Virus record (IMG/VR): IMGVR_UViG_3300042691_039794
Span: 11,565 to 75,564 of that record
Strand: one strand, 5' to 3'
Source of the DNA: a virus
DNA length: 64,000 nucleotides
The notes under the pieces were generated by a model. It saw only the letters and a list, made by a program, of their open reading frames with translations, was not told where the DNA came from and did not search any database. The first letter of the stretch is position 1. Each line of letters opens with the position of its first letter. A program made the position numbers and the translations under genes. Positions 9,655-18,950 of this stretch are shown piece after piece.

Positions 9655-10611
9655 TCAAATGTATTCTGATATATAATCATTTATTATGTTTTTGATATTC
9701 GAAGATGAAATTTCATCATCTAACTCAAGTTGCTCAATGCATCCATGATAAGTCATCTCTCTAAGCATATCATCGGGACCATAAGTGTCAAAAATATTAA
9801 TTTTATAATTTGAAAAACACTCAAAAAAGTTTCTTAAAAAATTATTGAAATCAACAAATTTTAAATATCCCCCATTATATATTTTTGGATAAAATATCTC
9901 ACTTAGTGAGTTTAAAACTGTTTTTTTCCAATTATCATATATGTTTTTTTTATAAGAAAAATTATATAAAGACAATAAATTTTCACGAAGACCCTCAAAT
10001 GTATCTGTGTATAAAACGGACAAAAACAAATGGTCAGTTCTTAATATCTCATCAATATTATTTCTAATATTGAAAGTACCGTTTTCAAAATAATTTTCAA
10101 CTGAACCTTGATTAAACTCAAAATCACCCAAATCTAAATTTATTGACCCAAAATTTTCTAAAATAAAATTTTTTAAATATCTTTTATTTTCTGGTGTAAA
10201 TTGTTTCAATATATCATAGTAAAAATCAATTTCAGATTCGGAAACATAATCCAAGTTTTCCATTTTTTGAAATTTAGGGTAGTCATTTTCAGAAAAAAAC
10301 GCGTCAAGGTTCCTAAAGTTGTAAAATTGAAAGTAGTATTTATCATCTACAACATTTACCATGGGAATTTTGGATAAAAAATAATTGGGACCAACTTCAT
10401 CAAGTATTACTAAACAAATCTCATTAAATTTATATTCATCAATACCGTAAAAACAATGATCCCAAATCTGATCTAAATCCAACTTATGAACCATTTTTTT
10501 TGGTTTCAAATATTTGAAAACAAAATTTGTAGTTGATCCAAATATTCTTAAAACTAAATCTGCATCGGTACCTCCATTGTTAAATAAAGTTATTAATCGA
10601 GACGCATTCAT
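9655..10611 (-). CDS. hypothetical protein, paralog of 10614-11729
   Basis: Shares the N-terminal FNNG...IF...LDLDQI pattern and the ...INDYISEYI ending. Confidence 0.75.
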   Translation of the reverse strand: MNASRLITLFNNGGTDADLVLRIFGSTTNFVFKYLKPKKMVHKLDLDQIWDHCFYGIDEYKFNEICLVILDEVGPNYFLSKIPMVNVVDDKYYFQFYNFRNLDAFFSENDYPKFQKMENLDYVSESEIDFYYDILKQFTPENKRYLKNFILENFGSINLDLGDFEFNQGSVENYFENGTFNIRNNIDEILRTDHLFLSVLYTDTFEGLRENLLSLYNFSYKKNIYDNWKKTVLNSLSEIFYPKIYNGGYLKFVDFNNFLRNFFECFSNYKINIFDTYGPDDMLREMTYHGCIEQLELDDEISSSNIKNIINDYISEYI

Positions 10612-10613
10612 AG

Positions 10614-11729
10614 TCAGATGTAATCGTAAAACAATTCGTTAATATTTTTTGTTGTTCTACTCCAGTCAGGATATTCAGGAACTCTAAAATCAATACACTC
10701 AATCTCGTCGTTATTCATCATACCAACCATTAATTGAATAAACCCACCAAAGTATTCTAAATAAGAATCACTATAATAACCACCTTTATTATTTTCTAAA
10801 AACATATCAATTATGTTTTGAAAATTCCTGATTTTAATGTAACTATCATATCTAGTCACTTTAGACCCATCAGTTCTAGTAACCTCTCTTGGAACCTCAC
10901 TAATTCTTCCTTCAAAGTATTCATCTAAACCACGATAAACTAAATCGTATACCTCATCTTCATATGCACTATTTTCTGCTTGCCAATATAAACTTCTTAA
11001 ATTAGAACCTAACTCATCTAAATCATTTTTACATAACTCGTTAAACGCACCTTCATCATTGACTAAACCATTTAAGTCTTGAGCCCTTATTCTAAAATAA
11101 CCTTCAGTTCCTTGTTCTTCAGAAAGTTCAGAAAAAAAGTCAGAGTCATAATCCTCTAAAGATAATTCTGTATCTCCGATTTCTTTAAAAATAATATCTT
11201 TAAGTGCTGTAATGTTTGCGTCATCCAGTTCCTCAACAACTTGATGATGGGTTACACTATTGTCAAAATACCAATCATGTCCCAAACCATCTTCACTTAA
11301 AACAAGTTTTGCAACATCTCTGGCATTTCCATCTCGTCTTCCACCACAAAAAAGAATTTCTAATTCTTCTCTATCTCTTAAATGAAGATAAAAACCGTCT
11401 GGTCTAATAACTACATCAGTAATAAGATTATGTGTAATAAACCATATTGTGTTTTTATAGTTGTTTTCTAAACCATAAAGTAAAAAGTGATTTTTAAATT
11501 GATCTGGCATGTCATCATAATCCACGTCTGATAACATATTATTTTCTACAAAAAAAGAAAAAAGATTGTCATCATAAGAATCACCAGGTATTTGATCGAT
11601 ATCGATTTCTTGTAATAAATTTTTACTTTTTATAAATTTCAAAAAACTTAAAATATTATTTCTAAAAATTTTACTTATAAAGTCCCAATCACCATTGTTG
11701 AAATATTCTATTATAGTTTTAACAGTCAT
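10614..11729 (-). CDS. acidic hypothetical late protein
   Basis: 371-aa ORF; TATTTATA at 11740-11733. Confidence 0.8.
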   Translation of the reverse strand: MTVKTIIEYFNNGDWDFISKIFRNNILSFLKFIKSKNLLQEIDIDQIPGDSYDDNLFSFFVENNMLSDVDYDDMPDQFKNHFLLYGLENNYKNTIWFITHNLITDVVIRPDGFYLHLRDREELEILFCGGRRDGNARDVAKLVLSEDGLGHDWYFDNSVTHHQVVEELDDANITALKDIIFKEIGDTELSLEDYDSDFFSELSEEQGTEGYFRIRAQDLNGLVNDEGAFNELCKNDLDELGSNLRSLYWQAENSAYEDEVYDLVYRGLDEYFEGRISEVPREVTRTDGSKVTRYDSYIKIRNFQNIIDMFLENNKGGYYSDSYLEYFGGFIQLMVGMMNNDEIECIDFRVPEYPDWSRTTKNINELFYDYI

Positions 11730-11741
11730 ACTTATAAATAT

Positions 11742-11769
11742 AAAAAAAGGTGGAAAACAATTCCCACCT
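11742..11769 (-). terminator. intrinsic terminator
   Basis: AGGTGGGAA...TTTTCCACCT followed by T7 on the minus strand. Confidence 0.7.
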
Positions 11770-11796
11770 CAGTTAAGATCAATAAACCAACAACAA

Positions 11797-11934
11797 TTAT
11801 TTGTTTTTATAATATTTTTCAACAATCTTTTTGATATTTTCGTTAACAGTTTTTACTTTAGATTGTTGTTGAGTTTTAACTTCTTGTTGAGGTGTTTGAG
11901 CTTGATTGGCTTTATTTTTACATCCGCATCCCAT
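11797..11934 (-). CDS. 45-aa MGCGCK peptide (not in track)
   Basis: MGCGCKNKANQAQTPQQ...IVEKYYKNK, with its own TATTTATT motif and terminator. Confidence 0.7.
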   Translation of the reverse strand: MGCGCKNKANQAQTPQQEVKTQQQSKVKTVNENIKKIVEKYYKNK

Positions 11935-12016
11935 GATTTATGTTTATTATTGTTTATTTTATATATAATAAATATAACCTCAAATTTTATTTGTAAAGTA
12001 TCAAATATTTATAAAT

Positions 12017-13618
12017 GTGAAAAAAATAGTACTTACTGAAAAAAATTTAATTAGTTTAATAAATTTAATAATTGAGAATGTCAATCAAGAACAAGAAGTA
12101 ATTGAGTTGTCATCAGAACAATTTTTGAATCTTTTAAAACGAGTCAATTACAACTACCAAGGATTAAAAAACATTGCTCAGTTCAAAAATAAAAGATTTA
12201 AAATTACTGAAGCATTAAATTTAACAGGTCTCCCTATAAAAACTTTATATGATATAGAGGTTGATGGACCACTAATTTTGAAAAGATCTAAAATTGAAAA
12301 AATTTATAATGTTGTAGTTGGTGGTTCATTAGATATTTCTGACACGAAAATTTCCGAAATTCCTCAAGTCCATACAAATAGATTAATTTATCATGGTAGT
12401 ACACTTGCCGAAATAGAAAGAAAAAGAAAATTACAAATCAAATTTGACGAACAAGAAGAAAGAAGAGAAGAAAATGAATGGGATGAAGAAAACACTGATG
12501 AAGAATCTGAAATGGCACATGCCGTTTTTGAATTTGCCGTTAATAGTGGACATGTTGGTAAAATTGATACTGAAACAGTAAAGGCATTAAAACAAAATAT
12601 AGAATCATTAGTTGAAAAACAAATTGAGTTAGACAAAAAACAAGATTCTTTAGACACAAACGACGATGAATGGAATTCAAAATGGGATGAAATTCAAGAA
12701 AAAATTGATGAAATAGAAAATGAAATAAAAGATTTAGAATCTGAGTTAGATGATGAAACAACCGATAAAGTTGATGTCTATAATTTTTATCCTGAGGGTA
12801 GAAGTCATTATGATATGAAAGTTTATCTTTCTCTTGATAATGGATTTGAATATGTGGTGTCAACATATAGTAACGCGATGTCATCGTTAGAAGATTATTA
12901 CCAAGAATGGGTTGACAACCCAACAGATTATCTTTCGAGTGAATTTCTTGAGGGTTATGTGGATGGTGATCAAGTTGCAGAATATTTAGAAGATTCATTC
13001 AGAGATAGTGTCTACGATTCTCCTGAATCTTATGATGTGACCCGTTTTTTAAGTAAAGATCAAGAAACCGAAATATGGTTACTTGAAATGGAAAAGTGGG
13101 TTTATGAGAATGAAGGATTAAGAGTCCCAATAATGTACCCAACAAAAGAAATAGACGGAAAAGTTTTTGATTTTGAAGATTCAGAAGGTAACAGATTTCA
13201 ATATGTAAACACAAGTACAAATCCAAATACTTCAAATTGGGTTTTATATAAAGAAGGGCAAGTTATACCTCCTCACCAAATATATGATGATGAAAATACT
13301 GAAGAACACAATGAAGAACGTGAAAGTAGAATATCGGATATTGATTATGAAATAGAGGAAATTAAAGATAATCCAGATGGGGATTTAGATGATGAATCTG
13401 TAGAATCTGTTGTGGAAGATATGAAATATGACGCAGAAAGAAACCCAATGAGTTATGTAAATGATTATGGATTAGATAGTGTATACTTCATAGATACAAC
13501 ACGAATACTTAATGATTTGATTGATAATTCATCATTTGAAGTTTTAGCATACTACGATGGAAATTACGATGAGATCAATATTAATGGAACCGATTATGTG
13601 GTTTTTAGAATCGATTGA
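12017..13618 (+). CDS. very acidic late protein with N-terminal LRR-like repeats and a coiled coil
   Basis: GTG start after TATTTATA; leader MKKIVLTE; LNLTGLPIKTL and VGGSLDISDTKISEI repeats. Confidence 0.8.
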   Translation: MKKIVLTEKNLISLINLIIENVNQEQEVIELSSEQFLNLLKRVNYNYQGLKNIAQFKNKRFKITEALNLTGLPIKTLYDIEVDGPLILKRSKIEKIYNVVVGGSLDISDTKISEIPQVHTNRLIYHGSTLAEIERKRKLQIKFDEQEERREENEWDEENTDEESEMAHAVFEFAVNSGHVGKIDTETVKALKQNIESLVEKQIELDKKQDSLDTNDDEWNSKWDEIQEKIDEIENEIKDLESELDDETTDKVDVYNFYPEGRSHYDMKVYLSLDNGFEYVVSTYSNAMSSLEDYYQEWVDNPTDYLSSEFLEGYVDGDQVAEYLEDSFRDSVYDSPESYDVTRFLSKDQETEIWLLEMEKWVYENEGLRVPIMYPTKEIDGKVFDFEDSEGNRFQYVNTSTNPNTSNWVLYKEGQVIPPHQIYDDENTEEHNEERESRISDIDYEIEEIKDNPDGDLDDESVESVVEDMKYDAERNPMSYVNDYGLDSVYFIDTTRILNDLIDNSSFEVLAYYDGNYDEININGTDYVVFRID

Positions 13619-13657
13619 TGTTTACTAGAACAACAAAATGTCATATTATTTTAATTA

Positions 13658-14434
13658 ATGGCAAAAAAGAAAAAAATAGAGTTTCTTATGGATACCGATT
13701 GGATGTTTGAAAAACCAATTGATAGAGAACATAAAGAATATAAATTATTATCTTATTTTCAAAAAATGGGAGAAAAGTTAGACAAACTAGAACTTTATCC
13801 AGGATTTATTGAATTGTCACTACACCTCATCAACTTACAAACTTTAATAAAAGATAGAAAGTTAATTTACACAAACAAAAGTTTTAATTCAATTGACGAC
13901 GAATTATTGGTAAGAGATCTTAAATTAAGAGAAATACCACAAATGTCAGAACAAGAATACAAAGAATTCTTATCTATATTAACTTATTCCACCCCTAGAG
14001 TTTTTGAGTATTTTAATATCGCTAAATCAGTTTGGACTGCAGTTTATGACTCAGTGGATTTGGTCCTCAAAAAAAATAAAAAAAACACAAATTCATCAAA
14101 AGGATATTTTTATTTCACCAAAAAATCTGACAACAAAATTTTTGTATGGGAATATGAAATAAAACCCGCATCTAAAAAATCGCCTGAATTTAAAACAAAC
14201 GTTACGTTGATTTACAACGATGATGTAAAAAATTTGACATTAGCCAAAATAATTTCTAACTTTTCTAATTGGGAAGATAAAAGAACATTACCAGTATTTC
14301 AAATGGACAGTAAAGGGGATTTTCCAATAGAAGAAACACTATTACCTTTATTTAAGAGAAGATTAATTTCTTTCATCAACCACAATAAATTAAACACTGA
14401 GTTTCAAAGGTTGGTAGAAAAAAAAGAAGATTAG
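13658..14434 (+). CDS. hypothetical protein
   Basis: 258 aa; TTTACT-N17-TATTAT promoter at 13621. Confidence 0.8.
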   Translation: MAKKKKIEFLMDTDWMFEKPIDREHKEYKLLSYFQKMGEKLDKLELYPGFIELSLHLINLQTLIKDRKLIYTNKSFNSIDDELLVRDLKLREIPQMSEQEYKEFLSILTYSTPRVFEYFNIAKSVWTAVYDSVDLVLKKNKKNTNSSKGYFYFTKKSDNKIFVWEYEIKPASKKSPEFKTNVTLIYNDDVKNLTLAKIISNFSNWEDKRTLPVFQMDSKGDFPIEETLLPLFKRRLISFINHNKLNTEFQRLVEKKED

Positions 14435-14437
14435 AAA

Positions 14438-14620
14438 ATGGGATTCAACAAAAGGTTTCTTAAAAAAGAGAATATATTAAAAAACTTACACCACATTATG
14501 ATCTATCTTGATGCTGATGCTATAATTTGTACTGACGAATTCTCAAAGAAAGTTTATCAAGAATTTCAAAATAACCCTAATGAAAAAGATATTATAGATT
14601 TTATAAACAAAACAAAATGA
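14438..14620 (+). CDS. hypothetical protein
   Basis: 60-aa ORF in operon. Confidence 0.7.
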   Translation: MGFNKRFLKKENILKNLHHIMIYLDADAIICTDEFSKKVYQEFQNNPNEKDIIDFINKTK

Positions 14621-14874
14621 AAAAAGAAACAACTATAGAAGTAAATTTAGGCGTGGGGTTAAATATGATTTTTCCATCACCCACAAATATCATATTATCA
14701 AGTGATGAAAACATTGAAATTGAGTATGAAAATTATTTAAAATTTGTAAAAACACTTAAAGAACCTGATTACAATTATTTGGTGGAAGATATAAATAATA
14801 ACACTTTAAGAGAAATGACATTTGACGAGTTTGTATTGACTCACTATCAAGATAATAATTCAAATATTGATTAA
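14617..14874 (+). CDS. hypothetical protein
   Basis: 85-aa ORF. Confidence 0.65.
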   Translation: MKKETTIEVNLGVGLNMIFPSPTNIILSSDENIEIEYENYLKFVKTLKEPDYNYLVEDINNNTLREMTFDEFVLTHYQDNNSNID

Positions 14875-14876
14875 AA

Positions 14877-16004
14877 ATGAAAGTTAAATTAGAATACGTT
14901 TGGTTGGATGGATACAAACCTGAACCAAATTTGAGAAGCAAAGTAAAAATAGTTGAATACGAGAAAGTTAAAAATGCATTTTTGGATGGAAAATTCCCCA
15001 TATGGAATTTTGACGGATCATCAACTCTCCAAGCTGAAACAGGTAACTCAGATAGATTATTAAAACCTATAAGACATTATGTTGCTGATGTTACTTCCAC
15101 AGTTTATGTTTTATGTGAGGTATTAAATCCTGATGGAACTCCACACGAATCAAACAAAAGATCACAAATTAGTCAAGGATATGAAGATCTTTGGTTTGGG
15201 TTTGAACAAGAATATTTCATTCGTGAAGAAATTAATGGAAACATATTGGGACACAAAAGAAATATTTTAAAAGGACAGGGTGAATATTATTGTGGTGTTG
15301 GACATAACGTGGTAGGTCGTTCATTTGTTGATGAACATTTAAACATGTGTTTGAATTATGGAATTGATATTACCGGTATAAACGCGGAGGTTGCACTTGG
15401 TCAGTGGGAGTATCAAGTTTTCTCTCAAGGAAAACACAAAGGTGGAGATGATCTTTGGATGACAAGATACTTCTTACTTAAAATTGCAGAAAAATACGGA
15501 TACCATATCGAACTTCACCCAAAACCATTAACACACGGAGAGTGGAATGGATCAGGACTCCACACGAATTTTTCAACTGATAAGATGAGAAATGAAGGGA
15601 ATGAAGAATATTTTATGGCTTTATTTAACGCATTTGAGGCTAGACATGATGATCACATCAAGGCATATGGGTCTAACAATAACCTTCGTTTGACTGGACA
15701 ATACGAAACTCAATCAATCGATAAATTCAGTTGGGGTGTTTCTGACCGAGGAGCGTCAATTCGAGTACCTCAAGACACCGCTAAAGAATGGAAGGGGTAT
15801 ATTGAGGATCGAAGACCGGGATCAAATGCCGACCCATATAAAATCATTCGTGAGATTGTTAACTCATTGGAAACTACTCATCAAATCTATGAAATGAAAA
15901 ATATGATGAACACATATGTTGATGTAAAACCATTGGAAGGAAAATATGGGACAAAATCAAACGATGAGTTATTAAGCGAATATAGAGAAGAAGAGGCGGA
16001 ATAA
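14877..16004 (+). CDS. glnII: glutamine synthetase type II
   Basis: EYVWLDG, LRSK, WNFDGSST, GFEQEY, NAEV..GQWEYQ, WNGSGLHTNFS, RGASIRVP, EDRRP. Confidence 0.95.
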   Translation: MKVKLEYVWLDGYKPEPNLRSKVKIVEYEKVKNAFLDGKFPIWNFDGSSTLQAETGNSDRLLKPIRHYVADVTSTVYVLCEVLNPDGTPHESNKRSQISQGYEDLWFGFEQEYFIREEINGNILGHKRNILKGQGEYYCGVGHNVVGRSFVDEHLNMCLNYGIDITGINAEVALGQWEYQVFSQGKHKGGDDLWMTRYFLLKIAEKYGYHIELHPKPLTHGEWNGSGLHTNFSTDKMRNEGNEEYFMALFNAFEARHDDHIKAYGSNNNLRLTGQYETQSIDKFSWGVSDRGASIRVPQDTAKEWKGYIEDRRPGSNADPYKIIREIVNSLETTHQIYEMKNMMNTYVDVKPLEGKYGTKSNDELLSEYREEEAE

Positions 16005-16222
16005 TGGAACAAGTTAATCACCCACAACATTACGGAGGAGAAGAAAATATTTATGAGGCAATCAAAGTGATTGATGCTTGGGATTTAGGGTTTAGTTTAG
16101 GTAATACAGTAAAATATATTAGTCGTGCAGGAAAAAAAGGAAAAGATAAAGAACTCGAGGACCTCAGAAAGGCGTTATGGTACCTCCAACACCACATCGA
16201 AACGCTCGAAAACAGGATTTGA
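16004..16222 (+). CDS. DUF3310-family protein
   Basis: VNHPQHY...GNTVKYISRAGKK...EDLRKALWYL. Confidence 0.9.
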   Translation: MEQVNHPQHYGGEENIYEAIKVIDAWDLGFSLGNTVKYISRAGKKGKDKELEDLRKALWYLQHHIETLENRI

Positions 16223-16514
16223 TCGAGAGATTACAGTTTTAGACGCACTTACAACGCCAAACGAGTTGATGAGAGAAACTCTTATTAATTTTATGTGGGG
16301 GTTTCTTGGAAATTCAATTGTGGTGTTTGTCGCTAAAGAACTGGACTTTCTAGTTTTAATTAACTATATCGTCTACTACATCCTAATTTCTTATATTGTG
16401 AACAGAAAAAAATACGAAACCATGTTAGGAAAATTTATTGTGCTTCCTGGCTCGGCAGCGGCAGGTGCTTATACAGGATATAAAGTTGCACAAATGTTAA
16501 CAGAACTATTATGA
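16125..16514 (+). CDS. multi-pass membrane protein (start uncertain)
   Basis: Three hydrophobic segments; GTG start lies inside DUF3310. Confidence 0.65.
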   Translation: MQEKKEKIKNSRTSERRYGTSNTTSKRSKTGFDREITVLDALTTPNELMRETLINFMWGFLGNSIVVFVAKELDFLVLINYIVYYILISYIVNRKKYETMLGKFIVLPGSAAAGAYTGYKVAQMLTELL

Positions 16515-16660
16515 AAGAAAACTGGAATCCAAACGATCATCAAGGTAAATCAAGATTTAGTTTAGAAACAAGTTACAGGATTTTATTTGTTTGTATCATG
16601 ATTGCATCAATAGTTTGTACATGGGGATTGATTATCGAATTAATTAAAATTATATTTTAA
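16511..16660 (+). CDS. 49-aa single-TM protein (not in track)
   Basis: MKENWNPNDHQGK...ILFVCIMIASIVCTWGLII; fills the gap in the operon. Confidence 0.65.
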   Translation: MKENWNPNDHQGKSRFSLETSYRILFVCIMIASIVCTWGLIIELIKIIF

Positions 16661-16662
16661 CT

Positions 16663-17514
16663 ATGATAGAAACAGGAAAAATTATAAATGGTGATTGTAT
16701 TGAGGTAATGAAAACATTACCTGAAGGATCAATTGATTTAGTGGTTACAAGTTGTCCTTATGGTGTTGGTATTGCATATGATGTACATGAGGATGATGTT
16801 GAGTTTGAAGACTATAAAGTATTTAGTCGTAACTGGTTGACAGAAACATATAGAGTGTTGAAGGATGACGGAAGAATTGCTCTTAACATTCCTTATGAGA
16901 TCAATCGTCAAAAAAAAGGTGGTCGTATCTTTTTTGTTTCAGAGATGTGGCAAATTATGAAAGAGATTGGTTATGGGTTCTTTGGTATTGTTGATTTAGA
17001 AGAACAATCACCACATAGAAGTAAAACAACAGCTTGGGGTTCTTGGATGAGCCCATCATCACCTTATATTTATAACCCAAAGGAGTGTGTAATATTAGCA
17101 TACAAAAACAAACACATTAAAAAAGTAAAAGGACAACCTGAGTGGACAGGTGAATTAACAGAAATTGAAAATGAGGATGGAACAAAAAGAAACAAAATCG
17201 TCTACGATGAAAACGATAAGAAAGAGTTCATGGAACTTGTCTTTGGTCAGTGGAATTATTTTGCTGACACTAAATCTCTCACTAAGGCAACCTTCTCAAT
17301 GGACATCCCGACCAAAGCGATCAAAATTTTATCATATAAGAACGATATAATTTTAGATCCCTTTTGTGGTAGTGGAACATCAATGGTTGCGGCTCAGATA
17401 TTAGGTCGTAAATGGTTAGGTATTGAACTATCTCAAAACTATTGTGAAATTGCTCGGGGTAGAGTTGCCTCTTTCATCTTGGATTCAACTCAAAAAGGTT
17501 TAGTACTTAATTAG
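16663..17514 (+). CDS. beta-class N4-C/N6-A DNA methyltransferase
   Basis: GDC, VTSCPY (motif IV variant), ILDPFCGSGT, GIELS. Confidence 0.9.
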   Translation: MIETGKIINGDCIEVMKTLPEGSIDLVVTSCPYGVGIAYDVHEDDVEFEDYKVFSRNWLTETYRVLKDDGRIALNIPYEINRQKKGGRIFFVSEMWQIMKEIGYGFFGIVDLEEQSPHRSKTTAWGSWMSPSSPYIYNPKECVILAYKNKHIKKVKGQPEWTGELTEIENEDGTKRNKIVYDENDKKEFMELVFGQWNYFADTKSLTKATFSMDIPTKAIKILSYKNDIILDPFCGSGTSMVAAQILGRKWLGIELSQNYCEIARGRVASFILDSTQKGLVLN

Positions 17515-17856
17515 AACTTCGTCCCCTTCACTTAGGTTATATTTTTTACAATCACCAGATGGTAATTCTAAAACTAAATTACCATCTCCTTCGAATCGAG
17601 GACAGTCATTACTATCCGATTCATTACAAGGTTTACAATCATGGTGTATTTTTGATATTCGATTGTTTTTTATAAAAATAATATCCAAAGGAGTGATACA
17701 ATTTTTCATCCAAAAATTGTGAGTACCCTCACCCATCATAAAAAGTAAACCATCAAAATTGTGATTAAACTTTTTACCCATCATTCCCGAATTAATATCT
17801 TTTTGTGAAATCAAACATTTCACGTTATAAAAGTTATCGTTTATCATTACTCTCAT
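17500..17856 (-). CDS. DUF192-family protein
   Basis: GMMG...GLLF...FWMKN...PLDIIFI...VLELPSG; start reassigned to the ATG at 17856. Confidence 0.9.
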   Translation of the reverse strand: MRVMINDNFYNVKCLISQKDINSGMMGKKFNHNFDGLLFMMGEGTHNFWMKNCITPLDIIFIKNNRISKIHHDCKPCNESDSNDCPRFEGDGNLVLELPSGDCKKYNLSEGDEVLIKY

Positions 17857-17868
17857 ATTTATAAATAT
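17855..17868. promoter_or_regulatory. perfect 14-bp palindrome ATATTTATAAATAT giving back-to-back TATTTATA motifs
   Basis: Fills the 15-bp gap between the divergent ATGs at 17856 and 17872. Confidence 0.65.
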
Positions 17869-17871
17869 ATC

Positions 17872-18294
17872 ATGAAAACATTTAAAAGATCTTCGGGTGT
17901 TCTTGTAAAAAAAGGTAATCAAGTTTTACTATGTAAAAGGGCGCCAAATCAAAATTTTGAAAGGAAATGGTCAATTCCTATGGGAGGTATTGAAGGAGAT
18001 GAAACCCCAATAAATGCCGCTCATAGAGAATTTTTTGAAGAAACAAATTTAAAAATAGATGATGATTTGAAACTAGTCGGATTCATCAACAAATATATAA
18101 AAGAATCAAAAACTAAAAGAGGTATTGTTTACGTTTATCTTTTAGAAAGTGATGACGATGAATTCTTACCTGATTTAGAAAACGCTAAAGATGGGCATGA
18201 ACATACAGAATGTAAGTATTTTGACAAAAATGAAATGCCTTTGGATGAAAAAAATGAAGATTTAATTAAAATTATTGAAAAAATATTGAAATAA
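17872..18294 (+). CDS. Nudix hydrolase
   Basis: GGIEGDETPINAAHREFFEETN Nudix box. Confidence 0.9.
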   Translation: MKTFKRSSGVLVKKGNQVLLCKRAPNQNFERKWSIPMGGIEGDETPINAAHREFFEETNLKIDDDLKLVGFINKYIKESKTKRGIVYVYLLESDDDEFLPDLENAKDGHEHTECKYFDKNEMPLDEKNEDLIKIIEKILK

Positions 18295-18312
18295 TTTTTG
18301 TATCTTTGTTTT

Positions 18313-18507
18313 ATGAGAACAATATCCTTAAACATTGTGGTTAATTCACACTTGAGTGACTCCTTGATTGAAGTCACTTTTAATCCTGAACTCGCTAAAG
18401 ACAGAATCAGATTTGTTAAAATATTAATAAATCGTTATCCTAACCTTGATCAAAGAATTAGTGAAGAAACCCTTAACAAAATTTGGGAAGAAGAAATTGG
18501 TTTCTAA
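18313..18507 (+). CDS. hypothetical early protein
   Basis: ATG lies 4 nt after TATCTTTG (18301-18308). Confidence 0.7.
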   Translation: MRTISLNIVVNSHLSDSLIEVTFNPELAKDRIRFVKILINRYPNLDQRISEETLNKIWEEEIGF

Positions 18508-18566
18508 TTTGTAAAAAATGTTCATAAATAGTTTTTTATTTCAGAATTTTCAATTACCTTTGTTAT

Positions 18567-18842
18567 ATGAATAAGACAGGATACAAGATAAAAATAATGA
18601 ATGAAAAGTTCGGAGATTTGATCAACGAAACATTTGTTGATCAAACACAGTTTAAGTTATTTTTGAAGATGGTGCACGCAAGTGTTGAACTTAAAGAAGA
18701 TTTGACTTTTTTCAACGGGGAAACTTTCTATGTTCACATACCCTATAAAGTTTTGAGTGATTCTGTAATTGTTACAAAAGTTTTAGAACTCAATTTGAAT
18801 GAACAAGTTAGAAGTAAAATCGAAGCTCTTGTTACAGTTTAG
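18567..18842 (+). CDS. hypothetical early protein
   Basis: ATG lies 4 nt after TACCTTTG. Confidence 0.75.
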   Translation: MNKTGYKIKIMNEKFGDLINETFVDQTQFKLFLKMVHASVELKEDLTFFNGETFYVHIPYKVLSDSVIVTKVLELNLNEQVRSKIEALVTV

Positions 18843-18845
18843 TTT

Positions 18846-18895
18846 CTTTGTTTGAGTTAAAAACAAAGTGGTGGAGTCGATCCATTTTGGACGAC
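18846..18895 (+). ncRNA. candidate structured 3'-UTR or small RNA (two hairpins)
   Basis: CTTTGTTT/AAACAAAG stem, TGGTGGA linker, GTCG-A-TCCA/TGGA-CGAC stem. Confidence 0.35.
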
Positions 18896-18902
18896 CTTAT
18901 AG

Positions 18903-18928
18903 AAAAGGTGAATCAGTTCACCTTTTTT
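18903..18928 (+). terminator. intrinsic terminator
   Basis: AAAAGGTGAA-TCAG-TTCACCTTTTTT. Confidence 0.85.
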
Positions 18929-18950
18929 AATTTAAGATATTTATAATAGT

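Noticed and set aside
11695-12039. 114-aa + strand ORF from the track
   Set aside because: It is the antisense shadow of the MGCGCK gene and crosses a terminator and promoters.
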